Positions 1 through 13,700 of a stretch of 64,000 nucleotides of DNA are shown here, piece by piece. The DNA is from Vicugna vicugna (lineage: Eukaryota), in NCBI GenBank assembly GCA_013265495.1, contig MU058844.1, positions 9,444,184 through 9,508,183 on the forward strand, given 5' to 3'. The position numbers were made by a program, and so were the translations under genes. Numbering within the stretch: position 1 is the first letter of the stretch; the number at the start of each line of letters is the position of its first letter. Below the pieces are notes generated by a model. That model was not told where the DNA came from, searched no databases, and was given only the letters and a program-made list of their open reading frames with translations.

Positions 1-1721
1 GTTCAGAATTTCACAAAGAGGATGAGAGATGCTGTCTTTCCTTGTGTTTCGAGATGCCTTCTGCAGAAGTAGTAGCAATAGTGTCATATAGGCTTTTCAG
101 TGGGAGTGTGGCTCCCAGGTGCCCACTCAGCTACAATAACAGCAGGGACAGAGCCTCCAGCAGAGTAGTGCTAAGACAGGGCTTCAGTCCAGCAATGGTA
201 CCAGCTCTAGATCAACAGATAAAGCTCTGTACTCTGTGTTTCAGCCTCTCCAACAACTTTGGAACTACTTCTGTGCAGTAAATCCCTTTACACTTGAAGT
301 ATCTGGACACAGCTGTTATTATCTTATTATATTACTTCCATTATCCATATCAATTATGATATTAATACTATTATTAGTATTCTCTGAAACATTATCTAGG
401 AACCAAAAAGTCTAACGATACAGCCTTCCTATCTAGCTTTTCCAATCTACTACTCTAGTCCTTTTTCCCACATCCTTGATGCAGAAGAATATATAATGAA
501 TGATCAAATAGTTATATGAACTGGTGTATCATTTAAATACACCGCTATAGGTTTATATCTATCACCGATCTATGGCTTAGTGGGGGAGAGATTTATTTCA
601 TTTGACGCCAGTCTAAGAAAGATCATATTATTTTGGAGAACAGATTTTGAACAATTAGAAAAATGTATAATCAGTAATAGGAGAGTTCTTATGTTCTACA
701 TAAGGCAAACGTGTCTAGAAATATTGTGTGATTTATCTTCAATATATTATCTTTCTTCGGCTTTCTATTGATTATCCATGACTTCTAACAGTTTGAAGGA
801 GAAAATACATACCATACAGGTTACCTTGTTTCACAGCTGAAGCCATGTAGTTTATTTCCAATAGCTGGACTGCCTTTGTAAAGCAAACTGATCAATGAAT
901 TTAGCATCCCTAATTATAAATTTATAGAAGGATTTGTGAATGTGGGGTCTTAAAACAGGGAAATAATGTGAAAAAATGGTCTGGAAAAGGCAGAATTGAT
1001 ACAGAAAGAAAGTATTTGGCTCAGCACTGAACTTAAAATTTACTGAGAGATCAGTCTGGCTCACATTTTTTTCTTGGTTCTAATTCTTCCATTTCTTTAA
1101 GGGTTTAATCCTCTCATACTTGTCTTTTCTCATTGTCTTCCTCTGTTAGTCTCTGGAGAAGACTATTGTTGAATGTGTCCTCTCCATGCTCTGGTTTTTG
1201 CTGGCAGACGAGAGACTCCTCATTACACAGTTATACAGTATAGCTGGCCGTGGGCCACGTTAGCTGGAAAATGGCTTCCCTTTGAACAATTCTTTCCAAC
1301 GGCTTATTTCAGCAAACGACTTCCTTGGCTAGGTTGATCTCTTTATTAGTAACCTGGGGTCCATAACTATACAACATGTGACTAAAAATAAATAAGATCA
1401 ATATGCAGGTGTAACCTATAGCACTAGCATCTTTGTGACAGTGATACCACCTGAGACATCTGATTAGTGTACACGGGAGACTTTCTAAAAGCTGGAGAAA
1501 GAAAATACAAAGAACTGCTGCAATATGATTTGAAGAATCATTGACTAGAAGACAGTAGGGCGAAATAAAGACTGTAGGGCTTTGTAATCAGACCACTTAA
1601 GCTCAGTCCTTGACCCTTTCACTCTAAGAATGAATTCATATCTTAATTTACCTGCCTCTCTCTTTTCCCTCTGCCTCTCCTCATACACACATGCCACACA
1701 AGCCATACCTACAGCTTGTAT

Positions 1722-1944
1722 CAAAAGTCAGCCAGTTATTATGACCTGCTGCCCAAATTCAGCCTGCCACCTATTTGTGTAAATAAAGTTTTATTGGAAA
1801 ATAGCCACACTCACTTGCTCACATATTGCCTATGGCCACTTTTTTACATCACAGGCAGTTTATTAGTTGTCAGAGATGATACAAATACAAAGCCTAAGCT
1901 ATTTACTACTTGGACCTTCACAGAAAATATTGTGCTGATCTCTG
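1722..1944 (+). mobile_element. MER58A-like hAT-Charlie DNA transposon relic
   Basis: Characteristic GTAAATAAAGTTTTATTGGAA...AGCCAC...CATATTGCCTATGGC core. Confidence 0.75.
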
Positions 1945-1984
1945 GCTTAGATAACAGTAGAAGCTCAAGGAATTTTAGTCCCAT

Positions 1985-3092
1985 TTCTTAAGCTAAAAAA
2001 ATATGACAGAGCATCTAGTGCCCAGACCTTGGTTTCTAATAAAAGGAAGCAGGGCTCCTTGGAGCAATGTCTGATCCCAGGGCTGAGGCAGGAAATATAC
2101 AGGAGGAGCCTGGAGCATCTTGTAGTGCCAGAAAGCAAAGAAACGCAAAAAATAAACTAAACAAACAGAAATAGAGGTATGTCAACGGGATGTAGGAGAC
2201 AAATGAAGGTGCTCCCAGTGTTCAAAGCTGGAACAATTTGAGAAAATAAATTAATTAATTAATTAATTAAAAATTGTATTGGATTTTAACCCAAAGTCTA
2301 AAACAAATCTCCGTGCACTCATATGGATATAAATAACTGACTGACTAAACAAATAATGGGGGGCAGAATAGAAAACTCTCCAGTGCAGAAGTCTTCCAAA
2401 TACTTTTTGTAGATACTCTTCCCTCAAGAAGGTGAAACATAACTGTCCACTCCTTAAACGGGGCTGCACATAGCTATTTCCTTCAAAGAGTACAGTACAG
2501 AAAAGGGGAAATAAGAGTAACATTCTCATGGAGAAGCCTGACAAGCTTCTGACTCTCTCAACCAGATGATCAGGGTCAGCATCAATGGTGATAAGTCAGG
2601 TGGATGGTACATACCTTTGATGTGGTGTCATGAGAATGATACTTCGCCTCTGTGGTCTTTCTCCACAAAATATATAATGTGGGTCTAATCGAGAAAAATC
2701 AGACAAACTCCAATTGAAGGACATTCTACAAAATTTCTGACCAGGATGCCTCAAAACTGTCAAGGTCATCAAAAACAAGGGAAATCTGAGAAACTGTCAC
2801 AGCCAAGAGTAAGCTAAGAAGAAAGCATAACTACTAAGTGTATTGTGGTTTCCTGGGTGGAATTCTGGAACAGGAAAGGACATTAGGTAAAAGCTAACAA
2901 AATCTGAATAAACTGTAGACTTCCAATAATAATAATGTTTCAGTTTTATTGCTACATTAATTATAACAAATGTATAATACTAATATAAGATATGAACAAT
3001 AGAGGAAACTAGGTTTGGCGTATATAGGAACCCTGTTCTATTTTGTAATTTTTCTGTAAATCTAAAACTATTCTAAAACAAAGTGTTTATTA
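1985..3092 (+). mobile_element. Old L1 3' region (L1MC/L1MD-like)
   Basis: AGTGCCCAGACCTTGGTTTCTAAT...GGAGCATCTTGTAGTGCCAGAAAG and terminal TTTTCTGTAAATCTAAAACTATTCTAAAA typical of L1MC/MD 3' ends. Confidence 0.75.
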
Positions 3093-4367
3093 AGTACTTG
3101 GTAGAAAACACTTGAAAAGTTTTCATATTTGGATGACCATATCTTACACAGCTAGATGTGGAAATTATTTCATCACATAGATCCAACAGAGCAGCATAAA
3201 ATGAAGAAAGATTCCAAATGTTTATTATCTTACAGTAATATACCATGCTAAAATATTTTGCTTGAAAATGTGTGCACCTTTTGCATATGTAACTAATGGG
3301 CTTTGATCCTAAAAATGCTAAAGAAGTAAGAAATTTTATTTCAGGGAGAAAAGATAAAATTAGCAGGAAATAACAGCCATACTCTGAAATATAATAAAGT
3401 CATTCAGAGGCTGTATACAATAGCAGTACAAAAGAGAATGAAGGACACAGTTAAAGGTTAAAATCTACTGGGGACATATTTAATTCAAGTATTGCATTTT
3501 GGAAACTACCCAAAAGCAGTAAGAGAGTTAGCACAACGTCTGGGAAATCAGGGTGAGCAATACAATAGAATGGCAGCTCACTTGTATATTTGGAGGGGAA
3601 AAAAATCAACATAATAAGAAAGAAAACTAGTTTTCCTGCATTTAAAGGGAAAAAAATACTCCACACTGTAAACATTTTTCCCAAAGAAATAACTATCTCC
3701 CAGGTGGAAAATGTGCGGCTTATAATGTGCAGCTTGAAATGCAAGGGCAATCTATGCCAAGAATACATCTAAAATTGACACCCAGTTCATTGCGGAGATC
3801 GTTAAAGTTTGAATGCTTTAAACAGTTAAGCAAGGAAATCTAAAGCTGTCATCTGAAGCATTTTAAATCCATGACAACATGCTTAGTTGTAAAATGATGG
3901 TTCTAAGCCAAATTAAGCCATACTGGGGATCTTCCTGAAAGAGAAACTGATATTTCACAAGGGATGTGTCATGTCATGTTGGAATACAGTATCATAAATA
4001 CCTTGGGCCTCTGATGCAAGAAGCAAAGTGATACACCCTGACTTAATCTTAAGGAAATACCTTTTTCAATCTATTTGAAGATAAGGAAGCAATGCAGTCA
4101 TTTAGAAGACCTATGATAACTCCCTTCGAAAGATGTATTAGGAACGTAGTTAACCACAAATCAATGATTTGAATTGTTTCTCTTAATACAACAGAAAAAA
4201 ATTGTTTAGAACCACTCTGTCTTTGCCTAGCAAATTATTTTTTAAAACAGTCCTCAAGCAACTCAAGATAATAAAGCAATTAACTTATCCATTTCATCAT
4301 GCTAGATCTGAGAATACCTGTTACACAGAAAATTATTTATTAGCTTATTGGTACTCTGTGCTAATAC

Positions 4368-4502
4368 TTTTTGTAACATTTTTTATTGAGTTATAGTCAT
4401 TTTACAATGTTGTGTCAAATTCCAGTGTAATGCACAATTTTTCAGTTATACATGAACATATATATATATTCATTGTCACACTTTTTTCGCTGTGAGCTAC
4501 CA
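4368..4502 (-). mobile_element. Young, short L1 3'-end insertion with 11-bp TSD
   Basis: TGTGCTAATAC at 4357-4367 and 4503-4513 flanks a reverse-oriented L1 tail (TTATTGAGTTATAGTCATTTTACAATGTTGTGTC). Confidence 0.85.
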
Positions 4503-4571
4503 TGTGCTAATACGTAAATACAGAAAATCTGTACATTGTACTGTTAGGAACTTAATTGTCAAAATAATTTT

Positions 4572-4718
4572 TTTAACATTTTTAATTGATTTATAATCAT
4601 TTTACAATGTTGTGTCAAATTCCAGTGTTCAGCACAATTTTTCAGTCATTCATGGACATATACACACTCATTGTCACATTTTTTTTCTCTGTGATTTATC
4701 ATAACATTTTGTGTATAT
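4572..4718 (-). mobile_element. Second young, short L1 3'-end insertion with 13-bp TSD
   Basis: TCAAAATAATTTT at 4559-4571 and 4719-4731; body closely similar to the 4368-4502 element. Confidence 0.85.
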
Positions 4719-4980
4719 TCAAAATAATTTTCAAAATCTGATTTTATTGGTTTACTCCAAGTTGCATATATAAATTCTACACGTTTGCTTTGGCCTGATG
4801 TCTATAATTTGAACATTTTTTTCAGAAGCAACTAATATTTTTTTAATGATGAGTAAAGGTGAAACAGACAGACTGATTCCTTTGATTGCTTGACAGTTAC
4901 GTTGTTTAACTTCTTGGCTAAAGGGTAAAGAATTAATTTTGCTTATTCCATTATAGCCTTAGCACAAACCATTTATCAAG

Positions 4981-5765
4981 ATTCATTTATTTAACAAATG
5001 TTTATTGATCGCAAAATTTGTGTCAGGCTTTGTGCTAAAACTTCAGGGATACAACTGTAAACAAAATCAGAAAGAGTCTCTGTCCTCATGGAGCTTATAG
5101 TCTAATGAAAAAGAGAGAGATTAACTAGATAATCATATAAACAAATGTGAAATTGCTCTTGTAATAACTGCTAGAAAGGACAAGTGCTTGGTGCTATGTG
5201 ATTTAGTCAGACTTGGAAAAATTTCTGAGATTCACAGTTGGTTCAGATATAAAGAGTTAGAATGTACACTACTAACTTATGGTGAAAGATAATTTGGACC
5301 ATGAATGAACTTTGAAGACCATAGTAAGAATGCTTTTATTTTAAGAGAGTAGGAGAGCATTTAAGAGTTTTAACCCAAAGTGACATAACTATTTTTGCAT
5401 TTTAAAAACGTCATGTAATCTATTATGTGGATAAATGGTAGGATGAGGCTGGCCTGGATGCAGACAGATTAGTCCAAGAGTTATTACAGCAGTCAGGAGT
5501 CAGTTTTTGAGAAGCTGAGTCATGATGTTTTTCTTGGAAATGCCAAACAGTAGATAGACTTGAGAGCCATTTAGGAAATAATATGAACTGGACTTGGTGA
5601 TGGGTTGAATACAGGGGTGAGAGATAAAAGAGATTTCTGGCTCATGGGTATTGGAGCTATCATTAAGACAGAGTATAAAAGAAGATTATTAAAATGTGGG
5701 GAAATATGATGCGGAATTGATGAGTCCATTTTGGGATGCTGACTTTAAGATGCCACCGAGGCACT
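4981..5765 (-). mobile_element. L2 LINE fragment
   Basis: Begins with the reverse L2 tail (ATTCATTTATTTAACAAATGTTTATTGA) and continues with CCTCATGGAGCTTATAGTCTA and other L2-like motifs. Confidence 0.7.
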
Positions 5766-5769
5766 TTCT

Positions 5770-6715
5770 TGAGGGGTGACCTGAACAGTGCTTTTAGAAC
5801 GACAGAGTAAGGATCTCCAAAAATCTGCTCCCCTGTCACAGAAACAATGAGAACACTAGCAATACTTGTCAAAATCAACTTGTAAAAAAGCTCTGGAAAT
5901 TAATTAAAGGCTTGCAACAATTAGAGAAGACTTTATGTAGTAAAAATGGCTGAATCTCCATAAGAACAGTGAGCACTGTGGCATTTTAACTTGTCTCATT
6001 CCCATCACCCTCTTCCCACCTCCATAGCATCATTGAAAACCCATGGGCTCACAGCTAGACAGTTTAACAGCCAGCAGCCTAGCAGATACCGGAGGGACAG
6101 AGTGGCTTTGGAGTTTCTTAAGGCCTCATCTCCAGAAAAATATCATTATTTGACTTTGCTAGCAGCTCCTAGGTAAAGCTTCATTCTTAGAACCTGCTGT
6201 TCTTTGACCTAACTCAGAGCTCCCTGTGTGTGAGTCTCATCTCCAGGGTAATTGTAGAAAATAGTTAGTGGTAATTACTTAACATTGCAGCTGCCTGAGG
6301 CAGTGATACCACTTGTTGCTAACAAGAAGTTGACTGAAAATCTCAAAAGGAGAAATGGGGGAGTGAGATGTTCATTGGGGGATGTTATTCCTGAAAATCT
6401 AGAAGGTGATGCTCGTATGCAGGGCTGTGCATATTTTATACCCAAAAATTTGTATCTCTCACCTTTAGCTGATGTTGATGCTCTGCCTCAGTAGGAAGCA
6501 AAGACTAAGGCAGGGTTTCAACTGTGTGCTGGAGCATTGAGTGCATACCCTAACATACAAACAGAGCCCTTCAGCAAGACTGGGAGACTTACCAGTTCAG
6601 GGCCGTTAAGAAAATCTAATCATTAGCTGATCACTAAGTTAACTGAGAAGAGAATTCATTGGCTGCCTACAATGAAGAACACAGACTAAATTAGTCCAAG
6701 AAAGTCACTCAACAA
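5770..6715 (+). mobile_element. Old L1 5'-region fragment (L1M-type)
   Basis: Resembles recalled L1M 5' ends (AAAATCTGCTCCCC...GAGAACACT...AAAATCAACTT...CTCTGGAAATTAA); subfamily uncertain. Confidence 0.5.
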
Positions 6716-6719
6716 ACAA

Positions 6720-7378
6720 CTTTGCTGGTGGGGATGTAAAGTGTTGCAGCCTCTTTGGAAAACTGTTTGAGAGTTCCTAAACTCGTAAACCATAGATTTA
6801 CCATAGGATCCCAGAAATTCTACTCCCAGGTATATGCCCAAGAGAAGTGAAAACCTATTTCCACACCAAAATGCATACCTGAATGTTCATAGAAGTGTTA
6901 TTTATAATGGTAAAACAGTGGGGAAAAACCCCAAATATCCATTAAGTGAGGAATGAACAAACAATAAGGCATACACACACACACACACACACACACACAA
7001 GGGAATAGTGTTTGTCAATAAAAAGGAATTAAGTACTGATATATGCTACCACATGGATGAACCATGAAACATCATGGTAAGTGAACAAAATCAGACACAA
7101 AAGGCATGTAGTATATCATTCCATTTAGATTAAATGTCCAGAATGGGATATCTAGAAAGGTAGAAGAGTAGTGGTTGCTAGGGCTTGGGGTAAGTGGGAA
7201 CGAGGGGTGAATGCTACCAGGTATGATGTTTCCTTTTAGGGTGATGAAAATATTCTAAAATTACATAGCAGAGATGGCTGTATAACTTTGTGAATATACT
7301 TAATTGTATACGTCAAATGGGTAAATTTTATGGCATGTGAATTGTAGCTCAACAAGAATCTTACCAAAAAAAAAAAAG
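6720..7378 (+). mobile_element. L1MB/L1ME-like 3' end with A-tail; contains (CA)n at about 6973-6998
   Basis: TGCTGGTGGGGATGTAAAGTG...TTGGAAAAC, GGGTGATGAAAATATTCTAAAATT and terminal poly(A). Confidence 0.8.
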
Positions 7379-7493
7379 GATGAAATGATAATTTTCAATG
7401 TTTGATGTTTATAGGAAGGAAGATAATCACTTTGGATACAAGTTAGAAGGTTTTCTGTTAACTTTTTTTGATGTGGTGATAAAGTTTCATAAT

Positions 7494-7845
7494 TGCCTTA
7501 GTTCATGAATGCTGCTATCACAGAATACCATAGAGTAGGTGACCTATAAAAACAGAAATATATTTCCCACAGTCTTGGAGTCTGGGAATCCAAGATCAAG
7601 GTGCTGGCAGATTCTGTGGGTGGTGAGGGCCCATTTCCTGGTTCTCAGATGGCCATCTTCTCCCTGTGTCCTCACAAAGTGGAAGAGGCAAGGGAGCTAT
7701 CTAGGATCTCCTTTATAAGGGCACTGATCTCATTCATGAGGACTCCATTCTCGTGACCTAATCACTTCGCAAATGTCCCACATCCAAAAGCCATCACACT
7801 CGGGTTTAGAATTTCAACATTTGAATTTTGGGAAAACCCATTCAG
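7494..7845 (-). mobile_element. MLT1-type (ERVL-MaLR) solo LTR
   Basis: CCAAGATCAAGGTGCTGGCAGATTCTG...GGTGAGGGCCC and CTTTATAAGGGCACTGATCTCATTCATGAG MaLR motifs. Confidence 0.8.
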
Positions 7846-10509
7846 TGCATTCATATCAATACTGAAGTTACAGATTACAAATTTTAAAAAGAATGCAAAA
7901 AGTAAAGTAGGAGAGATCTGGAGTCGAGGATTCTATGAGGAAATGGTTGCAGAGAACATCTTGGAGACATTATCTGTATGCCCCTGCTTTACACTGGCTT
8001 AAAGCTATCGTATTAGGGAACATAAATATGTCAAAAGTTACTTTGAAATGAGGCAAGCAATGTTATTAAGATAGAAGTAGCCAGCTAAGAAGATTAAAGC
8101 ATCTGGTCCTTTGCTGTTTCCCAAACTTCTAGACTTTTCAAAGGCTTTGGGGTAACAGAACAAAGCATAAAGACAGAGCAAAAACTAAGGGGAGCCACTC
8201 TCAGTAATTGAAATAGCCAAATGCAAAATGCATATAGTTTTTAAGGCATTGGTTCTGTGCTTTGAGAATGCCTGAAGGTTTTTCAAGAGAATCTAGAGAT
8301 GGGCAATGTTTATTTGGGTAAAGAAAAGAGATCTAAATGTAAGAAAACAAAAAACCTTTCTCTTTATATATGTGGTACATTCAAGCCACCAGGCAATTCT
8401 TAGGACCAATTATGTACATTTGTAAGAAAAGCTGAAAAAAACATTTTGAGTGTGTTAGGTTTTTTTTTGCAAGGAATACACGAAATAATACTGCAGCATC
8501 AAATAAAACAATCTCCTCATTAATTCTCATTGTCTTATACAACTTATAGTGTCTCTATCTGCTTTGTCCACATTAGAGTTTTATTTTAAGATGTGTTCAT
8601 ATGAATTTAAATCCTCTTGGCCAGGTAACCCGCTGGCATATAAATAATTGCCAGCCTTAATACTAGCATCAGAACTATCAACAAGAAACAGACTGGGATG
8701 GTGATAGGTGAATTCGTTTTTGAACAGTGGATGAAAGGCTGATATGGTCCATGGTGGGCCTTTAAATGTAGTTTTTTGAGAAGTCAGAGTAGGGCAGAGT
8801 GAAAAAAGATGAGCTTTGAAATTAGGTTCATGAGGGAGAGTGGATATATTCCTTAATTTCTCTGTGTATTGATTTTCTTATCTGTAAATAAAGAATAATA
8901 ATATCTTCTTCCTAGAGATTCAGGAAAGATTAATTTTTAAAAAAGTGTTAGTTAGGACTCTGGGTGTACCTGCCACATAAATGGGCCCTCAATCACTGTA
9001 ACTATCATTATATCTGCTATTATAGAATCTTAATTTATATCATAGCAATAAAAAGCATTGGGAAAAAAGCAACACTGTTGTGACATTATAAAAATTCCAG
9101 ATGTTTATAAATTATTGACATCAGATTTGGCCAACAGTTTTGTATCTTAAGAACTTGGCTTCGGTATGCATGAGGAAAAGTGATGGAAAAATAATAACCT
9201 CTACTTAAATATGAAGTACAGTGTCTAGGAAACAGTGTTTTCCTCACTTTCCAATTTAAAATAAGAAAGAAATATTCATCTCGAAACCATACCTGTTAGA
9301 ATGAGAAAAATGTCAAACTCTTTTGGACCTTCTCTCCTTCACAGATGAAAAGTAGAGCAGGGAAAAATGATTATTTTTCTAATGACTATACTTGTCACTT
9401 ATATACAAATAGGGCATCTGTCTGAATGCTCACAGGTAATTCATACTTACGCAGGGTGGATTCTGACCTTGCTATCCTACAAAAGAACGTCAGCTTCAGC
9501 TTTACATTGGTGGCATATATTACAGCAAATTTTCTTTCATAGAATCTTCATTCTTCCCTCCCAGCTCAGAGGTGCCAAGAGATCAGTGTATCTTCTTCAC
9601 CTGCTAGTATCTTAAGTGCATCATACAGTAGCTGGTATGCTTCAATACTGAATTAATACTGGTTGAATGAATGAGATATTCAGACTATGGTATGCAAGGA
9701 ACACACTTGCCACCATGTTTCAGTAGCAAAGGTTACAAGTTGCCCTTATACACAGAGAGGCAGGGACACCCCTATATGTGATGACTCTACCAGACAAAAG
9801 CTCAATGGAGGTGATGGTGAAAAAGGTGTAGGAGTTTAAGGAACTGCAGCTACAGAAGGGGTGTGTGTGTGTAGGGGTGGGGGTGTGTGTGTGTTAGGCA
9901 GGGAAGTGCAGAGTAGATAACGGAACCAGAGGCTTTAAAGGCAGAGCACCTAGAGAAAGCATTTCTTTGGAATATGTGATTGAAACTTGACCAGGTATAA
10001 TGATAAGGGAGGCTTTTTGGCCAAGAAGCCAAAAAAAAAATTATGCAGGAGTGAACTAGTAGGTCTTAATACAGTAGAGTCACATTATAGGAACACAACT
10101 TTTGAATGGGAGATGGAACCTAACCCTCATTTAATTTGCATTTAATGCCCAAAAGCATGAGACTGATTCCTCTTCAGTGAGGCCTCAGAAAGTACTGACA
10201 GTCTGGAAAGAAAGATGTAAGGAGTCAAGGTCATTTCCATATCTTTTCCAAGAATAGGATGCCATGTCCATCTGCTCACATGCAAGATTTAGATTAAAAT
10301 CCAGTAAGCATTGCCTACTGTGTGCCAGTGACACTTCATCTTGTTACTGTCTCCCAGGAGACAATTTATTTATATTCATAAGTTTACAGAGGCTGATTTA
10401 TTAAAACAGAATAGAGTAAATCCTTCAGGCAAACAGAAACATTTTATAATTCTCATCCATCATTTGTTCTCTATTAGGAATTTTATGATTGTCGTAAAGT
10501 CAGGAAGTA

Positions 10510-10735
10510 GAGCAAATAATCTTAGTGCATGCCAGGCACTGTTTCAAACGGCTTACACAGATTATCTCATTCAATCTTCACAACCTATTCCATAGGTACA
10601 ATTATAATCCAATTTTACAGATGTGGAAACAGAGCAAGAGCTATTGCCATTTAGCCAAGGTCACACAGGTTCTAATCGTTGCATCTAGGATTCAAACTCA
10701 GCAGGCTGATTTCACAGCAGGGACTCGATCTCCAA
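10510..10735 (-). mobile_element. MIR SINE
   Basis: TGCCAGGCACTGTT...ATTTTACAGATGTGGAAAC...CCAAGGTCACACAG...GGATTCAAAC reverse MIR core. Confidence 0.8.
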
Positions 10736-13700
10736 GCCATTCTCTCTCCAAGCACTGAGTCACTCACTCTGGAGGATTTCCACTTTGTTTTGTCTCAAGT
10801 TTGGCACAGTACTCCTCAAATTTAATGTGCTGAAGAATTGCTATAGAAGGGTATAACCCCAAACCAAGTTTTAAAGATGATAGAAGGGGTTTTTCAAGGG
10901 TGATTGTTGCCTTACTAGCTGACTTAGGACTTAACCCAGGGAAGAAGCAATCTCAGTGTAATTTGCAAAATCACAGGCAGCCTGTGAAGCAAATGCAATG
11001 CAAGTAGAAGCCAGCCCCCCCTAACAGGGTGCTGGGATTGCTAGCTACAGATACGTTATCTATTCATTAGGGTTCAGAAGTTCTTAGGTAACACTAGTCT
11101 GCTTACTGTATTGCAGTTAGTATATGACATTCAAGATATAAAATAAATACACAGAAATGTATTTTTATTAGCAGTGTTACCTCTTCAGACAAGTTTTAAT
11201 CACTCTTCATTCATTCATTCATTCATTGGTCCCTTTTCTCTTTCCTGTCTTTCTTTCCGTCTATTCATTATTCATTCATTACTATGTGTTAGGTGTGTAA
11301 ACAAAACAAAACAAAATAAAATGAAACTAAAACATGGTCTTGTCCATGTTCAGCTTATGCCCTTTAAAAGAATAAGGAGGTTCCACTTTTCTCAGTATTG
11401 GCTTACCTCTTAGAAGCATGCCCAGTGCTAATAAAAGGAACTCGATCTTTTGCCTGAAACCATAGAAAAATTTTGATTTTGTGGAATTATGTCTTCATAT
11501 TTATATTTTAGAACTCTAACAGGTAAAATTCTGGTACAAGATAAGGATGATAAGACTCATCTGAACTTGGTAAATGCATTTGTTTATCATCATCATACTT
11601 TCTTTTACTGCTGGATAATAGAAGTAATGTGTTTAGGTCTAAAAATGTCCATCTGTTATCCAGCTGGGGGACTAATTACAGTTGTCTATATTCTATTTTT
11701 ACATTTCTACATTTAAAATTCTCTTAAAAAAATTCCTGGATTTTAACTTCCAAAATGTTCCACTGATACAAATAGAATTAGACGAATTTGATGCCCAAAT
11801 GCTATTGTATCCAAGTGAAAACTTCTAAATCCAGAATATTATTAAATGAATCCTGTGGGAAGCAGAGATTCCAAGCCAATAAGATGAACTAATTCAACCT
11901 ACACCACATTCTGGAAGAAACACAGCTATAGTCCCTCTATGCAATAAGGTAATGCCCATCTGAGAAGAGCTCACCTGATGGAGGTATTGCCAAGTGTTAG
12001 AAAAACACCTTAACATATTTGTTTAAATTTTATAATTAACTTTTATTTTGTATATCCAGGAAAATGAATATATGACCCATTTTCTCTATACAGTTAAAAG
12101 AAATATAAAAATCACCAATAAGCCTCTGAAACAAAGATGTCTTTCTACCATAGAATACACTCAGGTTTGTAAAATATAAAAGATAATTTAAGTGATTTTT
12201 AAAATCAAAATAGGCTTTTTCTGTCAAAAAAAACTTAGATTGTGAGGTAAGCAAGGTAATGATCATTTTATACATATAAAAGATGACCAAAGCTTGCAAA
12301 TTTAGTTGGACTGTTTGTTTCACTAAACTATGCAATAATACGTGTGGCCTGATAGAAAGTTGTTTTCCAGAGCTCTCTTTGAAAGGCAAAGACACAAAAG
12401 AAAAGTAAGTTTTGTTTATTTCCTCTTTAAAAGGGATTTTTGCATTTAATAAGCTTGACAACTTACAGTCTACAGAGAGTTGTTTTATATGTCTTTTTGC
12501 TACCTTCAGTTCCCTCAGGATTTGTGTAAATGCTTCCAAATTTATCAATGGAATGTCTCAAAAAATTTGGAAAGGCAGTATTAATATTGGTAAAAGATAT
12601 GAACATAAAAACAAACACAGAAGTGGAAGATTTGAAGAGTAAGAAGATGAATAAAAGGGTACTTAAGAAGACGAGAAGCAAAATACAGGCATTCTTTAAC
12701 TTGCATGAATGTTAACTTTTAAATTAACGAAGTAGTGAAAAAATGTGGATAGGAATTTAAAGTCTCAAATTTGAGGAGAATTTCTCCCCAGGGTTGGTGG
12801 TTGTTAGGCAGTGGTATTCTTGATACGTGATTATACTATAACCCAGATCTAAATCACAGTGTGAAGATGAGGACTCAGAGAATATGAAAGCCAAATTATT
12901 GAAGCTGCATATTTGAAGTCAGAGGTTCTTTCCTGACATAGAAGAAACTAGTCAGTCATTGAGTTGGTGGATCCCAAAGGACTAGAAAACTACTAAAAAA
13001 GACAAACGACCTGTCGGATGATAATTAAAATTACCTGCAGGCTTAGCACTGATGGTGTACACAGTCCCTAGCATGCCGGGGAGACATCTAGTAAAATACC
13101 TCTTTCCTCACAAAATCTATTTTTCCATCAGATTACCTGGCAATATTTTCTAAGGAACTATATTTCCAACTCTGTATTAAAAATGTGTAGATGAATGGCA
13201 TTTTCTTTGTTTTTAAAATGCCTCAAAAGTCAACTTTACGGACTGTATCTCTTCAATAACCCAAGGAGTCAAGGGAGGAAAAAATTCAGACGTAGGATAT
13301 AAATAATAACAAGCAAAGAAAATACAAGTATAGAGATGAAGGAAAATTGAAGGGCAGAAATATAAATGCTGCAATTTTATCTCCACTTTTTCTCCTGAAT
13401 GATGCTGAATACAACAATTAACCTGGCTCTAACCTCCACCCACACCTCCCATTGGCTCAGTGGGAGCTCTTCACAGAGCTACAATTATGAGCTGCACATA
13501 ACACAAAAGTGTTAACTTGCTCATTTACCATCTCTTCTAGTCCCTAAATATTTTATCTTCTCTCCTGATGTGAAAGGTCCACTGACATCAAATGCAGATA
13601 CTTTATGCCAAGAGCTGTAACATTTATATACATCCCCTATGAAAATGAAAGATAAAAATCTCATGTCTATGCTTTAAATATGTCTTACACACATACGAAA

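Noticed and set aside
12036..12715. 170-aa minus-strand ORF and overlapping Lys-rich ORFs
   Set aside because: No recognisable homology or exon structure; low-complexity AT-rich translation, possibly an ancient repeat.
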